The notes beneath the pieces were generated by a model. It was not told where the DNA came from and searched no databases. It saw only the letters and a program-made list of their open reading frames with translations. Below, piece after piece: positions 40,983-52,012 of a DNA stretch of 64,000 nucleotides (the first letter of the stretch is position 1; each line of letters starts with the position of its first letter). The stretch lies in the sequence record OK570375, one strand, 5' to 3'. Position numbers and translations under genes: made by a program. The DNA comes from Escherichia phage UoN_LDJ77_1.

Positions 40983-41009
40983 TGAAAAAAGGACTCCCGA
41001 AGGAGTCCT
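40983..41009 (-). terminator. intrinsic terminator after soc
   Basis: AGGACUCC-UUCG-GGAGUCCU hairpin then UUUUUUCAUUU. Confidence 0.75.
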
Positions 41010-41014
41010 TAAAT

Positions 41015-41260
41015 TTATTCACCAGTTACTTTCCACAAATCTTCATTTGCAGCAATCCATTCAGTACGTTGATTTTCTTCATATACTGTAGAATATGCTG
41101 CTTTTTCTGAAGGGAATGTCTGGTAATGAGCACCAGAAATTTTGTGAACGTCAGAATAAAGAGGGAAAGCTACGGAAATTTCCTTTCCTTCAATTTTCTT
41201 ATTTCCATCTAATTTCTGCTCAAATGTTTTGATATTAACATAACCGCGAGTACTAGCCAT
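41015..41260 (-). CDS. soc: small outer capsid protein Soc
   Basis: 81-codon ORF starting MASTRGYVNIKTFEQ; late promoter upstream and terminator downstream. Confidence 0.92.
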   Translation of the reverse strand: MASTRGYVNIKTFEQKLDGNKKIEGKEISVAFPLYSDVHKISGAHYQTFPSEKAAYSTVYEENQRTEWIAANEDLWKVTGE

Positions 41261-41290
41261 GTAATTCTCCTTTTATTTAAATTACATGAC

Positions 41291-41298
41291 TATTTATA
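41291..41298 (-). promoter_or_regulatory. late promoter (TATAAATA) for soc
   Basis: Exact TATAAATA on minus strand about 30 nt before soc ATG. Confidence 0.65.
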
Positions 41299-41328
41299 AT
41301 AAATTCTCGCGGCTTTTAAGACGAGCTG

Positions 41329-41847
41329 TTAATAACCTCGGTCTTGACGAGCGAAATTTTCAGCATTTTTCAGATAATAAAGTTTAAAGATTTCTTCAGC
41401 CGTAAGACCAAGACCTTGGAACATGTTCAGAACGAAATGAAGAATATCAATCATTTCGAATTTAATTTCCAACTGGTCTTGTGGAGACAAATCAGTAATT
41501 AGAGTTTCACGGCGTTCACCATGTTGAGCTTTCCAAGGCTTCCATACAGCAGATGCATCTTTTTCGCCATTGCTCATACCGCCAAGAGAAGTTAGAAGTT
41601 CACGGAATTCATCGTCAATATAATCTTTCTGATTACGCAGCCAATCAACAACTTCACCTGCGGTAGCCAAATCATCAGGATGACGGTTATATTCAGGTTT
41701 ATCTTTAGCTAAACGAATCTGCAGAGATTTCTGCATGTCAAGCATTACCTGCAGCGGGTCTTTTTCATCACCGAGAATATCCCAATATTCATTTTGAGCT
41801 TTATCAGCGCCTTCGATCAGTTGACTACATTCGTTAAAGTAAGCCAT
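41329..41847 (-). CDS. 56: dCTPase/dUTPase gp56 (MazG-like)
   Basis: 172 aa from ATG after AAGGAA SD; position between dam and soc. Confidence 0.8.
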   Translation of the reverse strand: MAYFNECSQLIEGADKAQNEYWDILGDEKDPLQVMLDMQKSLQIRLAKDKPEYNRHPDDLATAGEVVDWLRNQKDYIDDEFRELLTSLGGMSNGEKDASAVWKPWKAQHGERRETLITDLSPQDQLEIKFEMIDILHFVLNMFQGLGLTAEEIFKLYYLKNAENFARQDRGY

Positions 41848-41907
41848 TATTTTTCCTTTCAATTCATTAATAAGTTAAATAATTATATCATTTGATTATG
41901 TAAGCAA

Positions 41908-43247
<1,340 letters not shown>

Positions 43248-43272
43248 TATATCATCCTCAGCAATTTATTTT

Positions 43273-43302
43273 ATAATACCATAACAAGCTGAGAAAGTAA
43301 AC
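43273..43302 (-). promoter_or_regulatory. early promoter for the nuclease-like ORF and dam
   Basis: GTTTAC, 18-nt spacer, TATTAT, 25 nt before the 186-aa ORF ATG. Confidence 0.5.
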
Positions 43303-43346
43303 AAATTTATGAAATTTGTGATAAATATTAATTTAAAGGAGGACAC

Positions 43347-43547
43347 ATGGCACAAAAATTAATGGCACTTGTTGATGCCATAAAAGGTAATAAAAAACGT
43401 ATAGCTTTTACTATTTCTGCTATGGTAGGAATTTTACTCTGGAACTTTATTTTATCACCCATTGCAATTGCACATGGTATTAATATTCCAGTAGTTACTC
43501 TTGATACATTTGTAGATTTAGCATTTGCTTTAGTTGGGTTGATTTAA
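43347..43547 (+). CDS. small membrane protein, 66 aa, divergent from the nuclease-like ORF
   Basis: AAGGAGG SD 4 nt before ATG; hydrophobic; plus strand in an otherwise minus-strand region; 3' end overlaps gene 61 stop. Confidence 0.5.
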   Translation: MAQKLMALVDAIKGNKKRIAFTISAMVGILLWNFILSPIAIAHGINIPVVTLDTFVDLAFALVGLI

Positions 43548-44572
43548 ATCTTAGCATATTTAGATAGCCGCATTTTAGCCATCAACCCCTGGGCAATATT
43601 ATTTTTCATATATTCCATAATTTGTTCAGGGGTTGCACCTTCCTTTCTAATCATATCATTAACATCTTTTGATTTCCAGGGAGATTTATCCCAAAACATA
43701 ACCCTTTCTCCTGCATCAACTAATTTAGTCATTCGCTTAATAGTGTCAGGATGACGAGGTTCATTATCTAAAACCCACACGCGTCTATCTTTAAATGGAA
43801 CAACTTCTAGGTCTAATTGACCACCCGTAATAGCTATACCATTTTCAATAAAAAGCGAATCTATAGGTCCTTCTAGAACATATACATCACCATCTTTAAC
43901 TCGTTCGACTCCATAGATTTTTGTTGCCTCAGGATAAGCTTTGATGGTGATATATTTTTGAGGAGCATCTTTCTTTAATGCGCGTCCTTGAAAAGACTCA
44001 GCTTTTCCATTAGCATTATAAATTGGAATAACAAGACGAGGCTCAGAAATTTCCTTTTTGTATGTTCCCGGTGCTATGCTATTAACTAATTTAGGCCATT
44101 CGGTTGTAAACCAAAGATATTTCCATTTATCCTTTGGAATACAACGAGCTTTTACATATTTTATAATTGGATGGTCTTCCGCCAGTTTATCTAATCTAAC
44201 ACATGACGGAAGAGATTTAATTATTTTCTTCTCAGGATGTTTAGGAAGTTCTTTAGGTTTTTCTACTGGACGACTTTTACCTTTTTCTTTTCTTATTTCA
44301 AAGATATACTCACGATATAAATCAGGTTCAAACTCCTTTAAATATATTCCGATTGGCGCATGATAGTTACAGTTATAACAATGAATATTTCCTTCATTAT
44401 TATCACCATAATACCATCCACGGGCTTTATTTTGGTCGGTTTTTGAATCTCCACAAACTGGGCATCTAAACCGTAATTTAAAAGTTGAACTATTATTTAC
44501 TTGTGTGAATTTAGGTAAATGAGCTAATGCACGATATGCAAACTCATTATCAATCCAAGGTATTGATGACAT
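43544..44572 (-). CDS. 61: DNA primase gp61
   Basis: 342 aa; N-terminal zinc finger CPVCGDS...CYNC; position before 41. Confidence 0.9.
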   Translation of the reverse strand: MSSIPWIDNEFAYRALAHLPKFTQVNNSSTFKLRFRCPVCGDSKTDQNKARGWYYGDNNEGNIHCYNCNYHAPIGIYLKEFEPDLYREYIFEIRKEKGKSRPVEKPKELPKHPEKKIIKSLPSCVRLDKLAEDHPIIKYVKARCIPKDKWKYLWFTTEWPKLVNSIAPGTYKKEISEPRLVIPIYNANGKAESFQGRALKKDAPQKYITIKAYPEATKIYGVERVKDGDVYVLEGPIDSLFIENGIAITGGQLDLEVVPFKDRRVWVLDNEPRHPDTIKRMTKLVDAGERVMFWDKSPWKSKDVNDMIRKEGATPEQIMEYMKNNIAQGLMAKMRLSKYAKI

Positions 44573-44575
44573 TCT

Positions 44576-44740
44576 TTACTCTTCTTTTTCTTTAGATTCC
44601 TCTTTTTTCTTTTTAGGAATCTGTTCAGGACCTTTATTTACTACAGCACCTGATGTTGTTCCAGTAGAGATATTTTCAGGATTACCACCTGAATCTCCAG
44701 CAACCATATCTTCTTTGATAAATTCTTTATATGTTTTCAT
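44576..44740 (-). CDS. micro-ORF, 54 aa, Lys/Glu-rich (61.1 position)
   Basis: Below ORF-track cutoff; ATG 1 nt after upstream stop; ends 4 nt before gene 61 start. Confidence 0.4.
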   Translation of the reverse strand: MKTYKEFIKEDMVAGDSGGNPENISTGTTSGAVVNKGPEQIPKKKKEESKEKEE

Positions 44741-44741
44741 A

Positions 44742-45098
44742 TTAACCTCTATTCATAAAAGCATTAAAAATTTGGTCATCAATAGATGGAATAGCAACCT
44801 TTTCGGCATCATTTAGCAAATCATTAATTTCATCAGATAGCATAACACATGTGCCTTTATTTCCTGTAATTGTTACTGCACAATTACGAACGTTTTCTTT
44901 ATTAAATTTTAGGTTAATATTTTCGTAATGAAAATCCTTTAATGCTGAATATATTTTTAAAATAAAATTGTCTTTTACTACAATAAACCCAACCTCACTA
45001 TTAAAACGTGGTTCATGGAAACTGTAATAAACCTTTTCATCTATAAAATCGTATGAAATTTTTTCCATTTTTAAATATGAAAATTCAGAACTATACAT
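44742..45098 (-). CDS. hypothetical protein, 118 aa (61.2 position)
   Basis: ORF; positional equivalent of T4 61.2, no motif verified. Confidence 0.55.
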   Translation of the reverse strand: MYSSEFSYLKMEKISYDFIDEKVYYSFHEPRFNSEVGFIVVKDNFILKIYSALKDFHYENINLKFNKENVRNCAVTITGNKGTCVMLSDEINDLLNDAEKVAIPSIDDQIFNAFMNRG

Positions 45099-45110
45099 AC
45101 TAACCTCTAA

Positions 45111-45404
45111 TTACTCACCTACCACTTCAGCGATGATATTTTTATTATTAAAGTTTTTATCGCAATACAGAACATAATTATACTGCATTACACCACCAGA
45201 TTTAAGTTGTTTTTGCACTTCAGCTTTCATTTCAGGACGATCACGTTCAACGATATTCATAATATCCGCTTCAATTTGAATTTCAACTTCAGTCTGATCT
45301 GCAGTCATAGACCATTCGCACAAATCTTTGTCATAACCCGCTATAGCAGGCTGAGCAGCGCAAGAAGATAAAGCAAAAATTGCAGCAAAGATAAATTTTT
45401 TCAT
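45111..45404 (-). CDS. sp: Spackle periplasmic protein
   Basis: 97 aa with cleavable signal peptide MKKFIFAAIFALSSCAAQPAIA; position as in T4. Confidence 0.8.
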   Translation of the reverse strand: MKKFIFAAIFALSSCAAQPAIAGYDKDLCEWSMTADQTEVEIQIEADIMNIVERDRPEMKAEVQKQLKSGGVMQYNYVLYCDKNFNNKNIIAEVVGE

Positions 45405-45464
45405 GATAATCTCCTCAGTAGTTTATGTTTATATAGTATCTCAATTTCCAATAAAAGTAAACAG

Positions 45465-45722
45465 TTATTTTAAAACTTCTGCATAATCACATGTTACAAA
45501 CTGTTTCTCTAACTTGGCGATTTTACGAAAGTATCTTTTGCATTGACGAATCTGTCGCTTTGTAGGGCGCACAGCAAACTTAATAAATTCCACTCGACCA
45601 AATGGAGGGCTTTCTTCTGCCGGAATATCTAATACTAATTCCCACGTATCTGCAATAAGTGCTTTGAATTGAGTATTTTTCCTGACATTATACGGAGTAG
45701 GTTTAAATAAAACGATATGCAT
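45465..45722 (-). CDS. hypothetical basic protein, about 85 aa (61.4 position)
   Basis: Start set at ATG just after dmd stop; longer reading would overlap dmd by 38 nt. Confidence 0.5.
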   Translation of the reverse strand: MHIVLFKPTPYNVRKNTQFKALIADTWELVLDIPAEESPPFGRVEFIKFAVRPTKRQIRQCKRYFRKIAKLEKQFVTCDYAEVLK

Positions 45723-45723
45723 A

Positions 45724-45906
45724 TTATCCTCGGCAATCCACTTCACATACCTTCTTGTCATCAATGAAAGCTTTAACTAGTGCTTTATTAACTTCAGCAT
45801 ATTGAGTAGTAGCCCATTGAACGTCATCTTTCATCATTGTGATCTCTTTAGTAAACATGCTTTCGTTCTTAAACCACCCCATAAAAACTACCTTTACCAA
45901 TTCCAT
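45724..45906 (-). CDS. dmd: Dmd (antitoxin against RnlA/LsoA)
   Basis: 60 aa; first early gene before 41; promoter with flanking inverted repeat at 45936-45965. Confidence 0.8.
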   Translation of the reverse strand: MELVKVVFMGWFKNESMFTKEITMMKDDVQWATTQYAEVNKALVKAFIDDKKVCEVDCRG

Positions 45907-45935
45907 AACAATCTCCTCATTTAACCAACAAGACT

Positions 45936-45965
45936 ACTATACCATAGTCTTGTCAGCTTGTAAAC
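45936..45965 (-). promoter_or_regulatory. early promoter for dmd, -10 flanked by inverted repeat
   Basis: GTTTAC, 18-nt spacer, TATAGT; CAAGACT...AGTCTTG flanks the -10. Confidence 0.5.
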
Positions 45966-47392
45966 TAAAATTTTAATTCATTTGCCAAAGCATCTAACTG
46001 AGCTCGAGCGGATTCGTTTCTTTGATAGCGATTCTGTTCAGCCTGAATTTGCTGTGAACCTGCTACTTCGTTCACTTCAGTTGGAGTAGAATCTTGTTCA
46101 ATTTCTACCCATTTCTGATTTCCTTTTTGAACACCCATCAAAAACTTATTCCATTTATTCTTATCACCGTATCGTGATTTGATTTGCTTAATGAGTTGTT
46201 GTTCAGCAGCTGCTAGCTCCTCGGTTTCAATGACCGCAAGCATAAAATCAGCTGTTGCTGGAAGACCGGCAGATTCTGCAATATCGCTCATGTTAACATC
46301 AGAAGAATCCCAAGCTTGTTTACCAACCTGTGCTGCAGTCCAAAGAACAGTTTCGGTTTCAACAGCAAGAGCACGTAATTCCTCTGCAATGGCTTTAACA
46401 GTTGTGTAACTATTTTCTGAGTAAACTCTAATGCGGCAAGATTTACAAATACCTAGATAGTCGACAATAATGATTGTTGGAACAAAATTCTTCTTGAGCT
46501 TTAATTCGTTTAAAAGCGATCGAAATGTATTAGCATCTGCTCCACCAGTAGGATACTGTTTAACTATTAAACGACCGAGAGTAGATTTCTCGCGCCATTT
46601 TTCCATTTTTCTTTTATACTCAGCGTAAGAAATATGCCCGTCATCAATGTCATCAAGAGAAACATCAAGCATATTAGCATCAATACGTTTAGCACAGACT
46701 TCTTCTGCCATTTCCATGGAGATATAAAGAACGTTATGACCAAGCTGTAAATAATCCGCTGCTAATGAACAAAGTCCTAATGATTTACCAACGTTAACAC
46801 CAGCCATTAAAACGTTCAGTGTTCCTGTCTCAGCTCCGCCTTTAGTAATTTTGTTTAGAATTCTGAGTTTAAATGGAACTTTACGAGCTTTATTCATATA
46901 AGATAGCCAGCGTGCTTCGTAGTCATCCATCCAATCATGACCAACGTAGCTATCAAATGAAATTGATAATGCTTGACGCATGATATCAGGAATAGCACCT
47001 ACATCTGGCATTTTCTTATTTCGTTTTTCCGGAGGAAGCTCAGCATTAGTTTGAATTTCGATTATTTTAGACGTAGCATTAAACATCGCCCTTTGCTGAA
47101 CATATTTTTCTGTTTCTTTTACTAACCAACTGTGGTCTTCTGGAGAATCGGCTAGTTTTGAAATAAGTGTTTTTACACCAGAATATTCTGTTTCAGTAAA
47201 TGAACTATTTTCTAATGCAACATTTAACGCATTAATAGATGGAACGCTATGATACTCATTAACATGAGATTTAATTAATTTGAATGTATTTTTAGCTGGA
47301 CCACTTTCAAAATATTCTGAATCCATATATGGCCAAACTTTTGAAAAATAAGCTTGATCAAATATGAGATGAGAAAGAATAATTTCTACCAC
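45965..47392 (-). CDS. 41: replicative helicase gp41 (DnaB family)
   Basis: 475 aa; Walker A GVNVGKS. Confidence 0.93.
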   Translation of the reverse strand: MVEIILSHLIFDQAYFSKVWPYMDSEYFESGPAKNTFKLIKSHVNEYHSVPSINALNVALENSSFTETEYSGVKTLISKLADSPEDHSWLVKETEKYVQQRAMFNATSKIIEIQTNAELPPEKRNKKMPDVGAIPDIMRQALSISFDSYVGHDWMDDYEARWLSYMNKARKVPFKLRILNKITKGGAETGTLNVLMAGVNVGKSLGLCSLAADYLQLGHNVLYISMEMAEEVCAKRIDANMLDVSLDDIDDGHISYAEYKRKMEKWREKSTLGRLIVKQYPTGGADANTFRSLLNELKLKKNFVPTIIIVDYLGICKSCRIRVYSENSYTTVKAIAEELRALAVETETVLWTAAQVGKQAWDSSDVNMSDIAESAGLPATADFMLAVIETEELAAAEQQLIKQIKSRYGDKNKWNKFLMGVQKGNQKWVEIEQDSTPTEVNEVAGSQQIQAEQNRYQRNESARAQLDALANELKF

Positions 47393-47401
47393 ACTTACTC
47401 C

Positions 47402-47764
47402 TTAAAAGAATTTAAATTTTTTCTTTGACCTTTTATTAAATGCATCTTGCAGTTGCATTGTAATACATTTTTCTACATGAGGAGTTAACTCAGCTTTTCT
47501 TTCTTGGTCAAGAACAGCAAAGTCCATTACAACCTTTCCATCAACCCAATCCAGTTTAGTTACATACACTATATGTGTAGAACCATCTTCTAGTTTAATG
47601 ACAATCTCCTGGATAACATTTTCCATAGCGGATTTAATTATCTTAAGAGACTCATTAAAAAGACGTTCTTTTCTTTCTTCTTCCCCCTCCGAAGAGGGGG
47701 ATTCATCGATAATTTCTAGATCTAAGTCTAAATCATCTTTATTCATTAAATTCTTCCATATCAC
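47402..47764 (-). CDS. 40: gp40
   Basis: 120 aa; position between uvsX and 41. Confidence 0.7.
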   Translation of the reverse strand: MIWKNLMNKDDLDLDLEIIDESPSSEGEEERKERLFNESLKIIKSAMENVIQEIVIKLEDGSTHIVYVTKLDWVDGKVVMDFAVLDQERKAELTPHVEKCITMQLQDAFNKRSKKKFKFF

Positions 47765-48920
47765 TTAACTGTTCGAGGTCAGTTTCTAAATCAGCAGCTG
47801 ATTTACTTTTACTTTCTGGAGATTTAAATTTTTCAACCTTTGAGTTAATCAATTCATCAACTTCAGCTTCAACAATTTCATTACTATCAATAGCACCTAA
47901 CTGATAAGCACGTTTAATAGCATCTCGGAATGGTTGATGCTTAAATAAAGGACCCCAGAATGTAGTGCAGTTAGTATCTTTTGCACGCCAAGATTTTTCT
48001 TCGCGAATCATCTCGCCGGTTTCTTCGTCAAGAAATTCACGAGCATACCAACCATTCTTAGGTTTTACTACAAATCCTAATTCTAGAGCCATATCTAACA
48101 ATCCAGAATAAGGATCGATACCACCGTCAAATTTAACATCAATAAAGAATTTACTTTTTTCTTTAACGGTACGAGATTTTTCTACATTTAGAACAAATTG
48201 ATACCCCTGAAGATCAGAACCATCTTTAATCTGACGTTTACCGATAATGAATACAGTATCAGCCGAATACATTACGCCTGTACCACCTGTCATCACGGTT
48301 TTACTAAACATTTCAATTGTTTCAATTGTATGGTTAACCGCAACACACGGAATATTTTTAATGCTAAAATAAGGAGTAACGATACGGAATAATGACTTCA
48401 GTGATTTAGCACGAGTCATATCTGCCACAGATTTTTCATTCAAGGCGTCTTCCGTTTCTTTCTTAGAAGCCATATTACCGATTGAGTCGATGAATACAAT
48501 AACCTTTTCACCACGCTCAATAGCTTCAAGCTGATTCACCATGTCAATTTTCAGCTGTTCAACTGACTGAATCGGCGTATGAATTACTCGTTCCGGGTCA
48601 ACTCCCATGGATCGCAAATAAGCTGGAGTAATACCAAATTCGCTATCATAGAATAGACAAACCGCGTCAGGATATTTGTTCAAATATGCCGCAACCATAG
48701 TCAAAGACATATTTGATTTAAAGTGTTTAGAAGGCCCTGCGAAAATAGTTAAACCAGACTGCATACCGCCATCAATCGCACCAGAAATAGCAATATTCAG
48801 CATTGGAATTTTTGTACGGATTACATCCTTTTCATTAAAGAATTTAGATGTAGTCAGTTCAGCAGTCATTTTAGAAGTGGAAGCTTTAATCAAACGGGAT
48901 TTTAAATCTGCAATAGACAT
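47739..48920 (-). CDS. uvsX: UvsX recombinase (RecA family)
   Basis: 393 aa; Walker A GPSKHFKS. Confidence 0.92.
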   Translation of the reverse strand: MSIADLKSRLIKASTSKMTAELTTSKFFNEKDVIRTKIPMLNIAISGAIDGGMQSGLTIFAGPSKHFKSNMSLTMVAAYLNKYPDAVCLFYDSEFGITPAYLRSMGVDPERVIHTPIQSVEQLKIDMVNQLEAIERGEKVIVFIDSIGNMASKKETEDALNEKSVADMTRAKSLKSLFRIVTPYFSIKNIPCVAVNHTIETIEMFSKTVMTGGTGVMYSADTVFIIGKRQIKDGSDLQGYQFVLNVEKSRTVKEKSKFFIDVKFDGGIDPYSGLLDMALELGFVVKPKNGWYAREFLDEETGEMIREEKSWRAKDTNCTTFWGPLFKHQPFRDAIKRAYQLGAIDSNEIVEAEVDELINSKVEKFKSPESKSKSAADLETDLEQLSDMEEFNE

Positions 48921-48997
48921 TCATTTTTTCCATAGGCATCATTATATTTTCCTCACTGGTTAAAGATAGAGTAATTATAACACAATAAATTTAGGCA

Positions 48998-49840
48998 TTA
49001 ATCAACTGCTATTGGATGAATAGCATTAAACTTATGAAATGCTTCTGATTTTTCTTTACGCGAAACGCACATGCGAAGAACCTTTAATGGCTCGTCTTCT
49101 TCACCCAACGATTTTCGTTTTTCGATATTAGAAGTTTTCCAACGAGCTTGCTCTGGAAACTCTCTATTGATTTGCTCAAGCGCTCTATTATGTTTAGAAT
49201 TACTACGAATTGAACTGCACCCGCCAGGAGCTTGTGCTTTTCCAGATACAACCAGATATTTGAACAAGGCCAAATGCGGATAACCTTGATTAATTAAATT
49301 GAGAAATGCATACATATCTTCGCATAAATCAATTTTTCCATACCCAATTTGTTCTGTCGTAAGTTTTCCAAGGTCATACCATGTATTCGTGAATCCATAT
49401 GAATTTTCACGATAATTACCCCAAGATGAAGTAATTTTAAAAATTGGTAGACGAGCATGACCGTGATAATACCCGCAATCCATGGCATCTTCAACATATT
49501 GAATCAATTCATAGAACTGTTCACGAGTTAATTGATTAATTTTATCTACGCGCCGTTTATCGTCTCTCTTTCGTATTGAACTCATACGGATAGTAGTATC
49601 ATCGTCAATCATCCAGATTCGTTGACCTGCATACATATCAGTAATTGCTTTACGAGTACCGGCAATTCCATTAACATCATCAGGAATAGTTACAATTTTA
49701 GCTCTAGACCCATAGGCATCATAATAAGCTTTTTCTTCGTGTTCACGCACTATAATATGCGGTTCATAATCAGTCGGAAACATATCAAGGGCAGAAACTG
49801 CCCCGACACGTTGATAACTTGGAATTACGAATTGAATCAT
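48998..49840 (-). CDS. glycosyltransferase with DxD motif in the beta-gt slot (possibly beta-glucosyl-HMC alpha-glucosyltransferase)
   Basis: 280 aa; WMIDDDT motif; T4 has a 351-aa beta-gt here. Confidence 0.65.
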   Translation of the reverse strand: MIQFVIPSYQRVGAVSALDMFPTDYEPHIIVREHEEKAYYDAYGSRAKIVTIPDDVNGIAGTRKAITDMYAGQRIWMIDDDTTIRMSSIRKRDDKRRVDKINQLTREQFYELIQYVEDAMDCGYYHGHARLPIFKITSSWGNYRENSYGFTNTWYDLGKLTTEQIGYGKIDLCEDMYAFLNLINQGYPHLALFKYLVVSGKAQAPGGCSSIRSNSKHNRALEQINREFPEQARWKTSNIEKRKSLGEEDEPLKVLRMCVSRKEKSEAFHKFNAIHPIAVD

Positions 49841-50478
49841 TTAAGTGCCTTACATTTGTCAAAATGGTATCTTGTCATATTTGGCCCACGTCCTTTTAGT
49901 CCGCAATGCGGACATATTTTTTCTATCAAATTATGAGGTTTTCCTTTACGATTTTTAGACATCGTTTCTTTAATTATTTTAGCTTTTTCTGCGCCAAAAA
50001 TTTCTTCATAAGTTTTACCAGAATTTTCCTTTGCTCGATTTATAATTCCATATGCCTGCTCATTTTTACCATACATTGGATTACCTTCGCCTTTCATTCT
50101 TTTAGAATGATCAGGACGCTTGATTCCACGAAAGGCATTTCCGCACTTATATCTTTCTTCTGGAGATAGTTTTTTACCGTACATTCCATTTAATTTGCCT
50201 GGAAAACTTCCTCCCCATGCTTCATTCTTTAAATTATATGAATCCGGACAATTAGCAGCATCTAAACAAGTTAAAATAATTTCTTCAACCTGTCTAAACA
50301 TTGGTCCTTCATATAATATTTCTTTATTAAAGGATTTTATTCCATATTTCTTTTTAGCATGTTGCCAAACTACACCCGAACCATCATAATTCGGGTTGTG
50401 ACCATCATGACTTCCTATATACCACTTTTTAGTTTTAGGATGTTTATACTTATAAACATGTGGCACATTTACTTCCAT
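49837..50478 (-). CDS. GIY-YIG homing endonuclease (Seg-like)
   Basis: 213 aa; HVYKYKHPKTKKWYIGSHDG motif; C-terminal CPHC zinc finger; overlaps both neighbours. Confidence 0.8.
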   Translation of the reverse strand: MEVNVPHVYKYKHPKTKKWYIGSHDGHNPNYDGSGVVWQHAKKKYGIKSFNKEILYEGPMFRQVEEIILTCLDAANCPDSYNLKNEAWGGSFPGKLNGMYGKKLSPEERYKCGNAFRGIKRPDHSKRMKGEGNPMYGKNEQAYGIINRAKENSGKTYEEIFGAEKAKIIKETMSKNRKGKPHNLIEKICPHCGLKGRGPNMTRYHFDKCKALK

Positions 50479-51209
50479 TTTCCAGTATAATCCTTTTTAG
50501 CAATATGAGTCTCACCGGTGTTCCACCAATGGTCAACTAAATAAAACTGATTTTCGTACACATGAAGACTTCCAACGTTCCATATAATAGAACCTGCTTT
50601 ATATTGCCGCGATGGGTCGCCTGCATTCAAATCAGATACTAATTTATCTAGTACGTATTTTTGCCAAGCATAATCATTACGATAGCCTGCCCAGCAATCA
50701 TTGCTTCTCATGCTAACAACCGCATTGACTTTCTTATCACGAATCAGGTACTGTACTGTATTAGTACACATGAAATCTGACATACCATCTTTATTGTAGT
50801 CAAATTGCATGGATGGACGAGTATAAATCATGATACCACGTCGAGAATCAGGATTTTGACCAAGTTCAGCTAAACACATATCATACTGGGCATAGTTATC
50901 TTCTGACCAAATAGCCCAACCATAATTCGAGTTAATTTCGCCTTTAGAAGATGCTACCTGCTGCCAAATCTTTGGTGTTTCACCTGGAATATCTTTAACA
51001 AACAAACTCTTAGATTTATACCATTCAAGTTCACGCTGAATGTATTCATCATTAAGAGCGCCAAAAATAAACGGTTCATCTGCTACAAATGATGCGCCAA
51101 TAATTTCAATAGTTTTAACACCAGTTTTATCAATTACGAAATCTTTTTCCTTTAATGCAGTTCCCAAATAAAAACGGATTTCTTCAACTGTCATAGAGTC
51201 ACTAATCAT
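50469..51209 (-). CDS. 42: dCMP hydroxymethylase gp42
   Basis: 246 aa; ThyA-like fold; position as in T4. Confidence 0.92.
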   Translation of the reverse strand: MISDSMTVEEIRFYLGTALKEKDFVIDKTGVKTIEIIGASFVADEPFIFGALNDEYIQRELEWYKSKSLFVKDIPGETPKIWQQVASSKGEINSNYGWAIWSEDNYAQYDMCLAELGQNPDSRRGIMIYTRPSMQFDYNKDGMSDFMCTNTVQYLIRDKKVNAVVSMRSNDCWAGYRNDYAWQKYVLDKLVSDLNAGDPSRQYKAGSIIWNVGSLHVYENQFYLVDHWWNTGETHIAKKDYTGKWK

Positions 51210-51216
51210 TTAAACC

Positions 51217-51366
51217 TCAATTGATACATTCATATTTAACTTGTAACAGTAATAAACCCCAACCTAAAATAATAGTTGGAATCATAAGAGGAACCGTTAC
51301 ACTATAGTATATACTTATTATAATCATCAAGATTAAAAGCAATGCTGTTATAATTTTGCTTTTCAT
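51217..51366 (-). CDS. micro-ORF, 49-aa membrane peptide (imm.1 position)
   Basis: ATGA overlap with imm stop; hydrophobic. Confidence 0.45.
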   Translation of the reverse strand: MKSKIITALLLILMIIISIYYSVTVPLMIPTIILGWGLLLLQVKYECIN

Positions 51367-51614
51367 TCCTTCTCTCTGATGATAATTACCTGATTTGGCT
51401 GCGCAGACTTTTTAGTTTCACCTGCAATTGACCAAATAAATGTAATAAACCAACCAATAATTGACCAGTTAAACAGCAAAGATGTGAAAAAGATTCCTAC
51501 TGTCGATTTTGACCCACGCATCAAAGCAATAAACCATGGAAGCATGTATATAATAATAGCCAACACGCCTGAAACTAAAACCATAAAAATTGAACCTGCT
51601 ACTAAAGTTTCCAT
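51363..51614 (-). CDS. imm: superinfection immunity protein Imm
   Basis: 83 aa, two TM segments; position before 42. Confidence 0.85.
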   Translation of the reverse strand: METLVAGSIFMVLVSGVLAIIIYMLPWFIALMRGSKSTVGIFFTSLLFNWSIIGWFITFIWSIAGETKKSAQPNQVIIIREKE

Positions 51615-51621
51615 GTTTTCC

Positions 51622-52002
51622 TCACTTAGTCAAATTTTTTACACATGAATTATAAGAATTCACTACATACTCCATCGGAGCATTTTTACCAGTACGCCAT
51701 TGGTAATTATTAGCCCAATTAGCCCAAATTTCGGCGCAGTAGTTTTCAATTTTTTCTTCGCGTGTAATTACATCCGAATTACGATATGCTTGAGCAGATT
51801 CATCTGGACGAATAGCTTCGTCAAAATTCGCCTGCATTTGTTCGACTGTTTGCTTTGGAGCTTCTTTATAACACTTGACATTAGGATTATAAAACTTGCT
51901 TGAACAGTTTACAATTTTTCCTACATCAGACTGATTTACTACCGGTCCTTGAGCTACACAACCAGTAAGACCTAATGCAATAACCAAAATAGCGATTTTC
52001 AT
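51622..52002 (-). CDS. lipoprotein, 126 aa
   Basis: Signal peptide with lipobox LTGC; four further Cys. Confidence 0.6.
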   Translation of the reverse strand: MKIAILVIALGLTGCVAQGPVVNQSDVGKIVNCSSKFYNPNVKCYKEAPKQTVEQMQANFDEAIRPDESAQAYRNSDVITREEKIENYCAEIWANWANNYQWRTGKNAPMEYVVNSYNSCVKNLTK

Positions 52003-52012
52003 AATAATTTCC

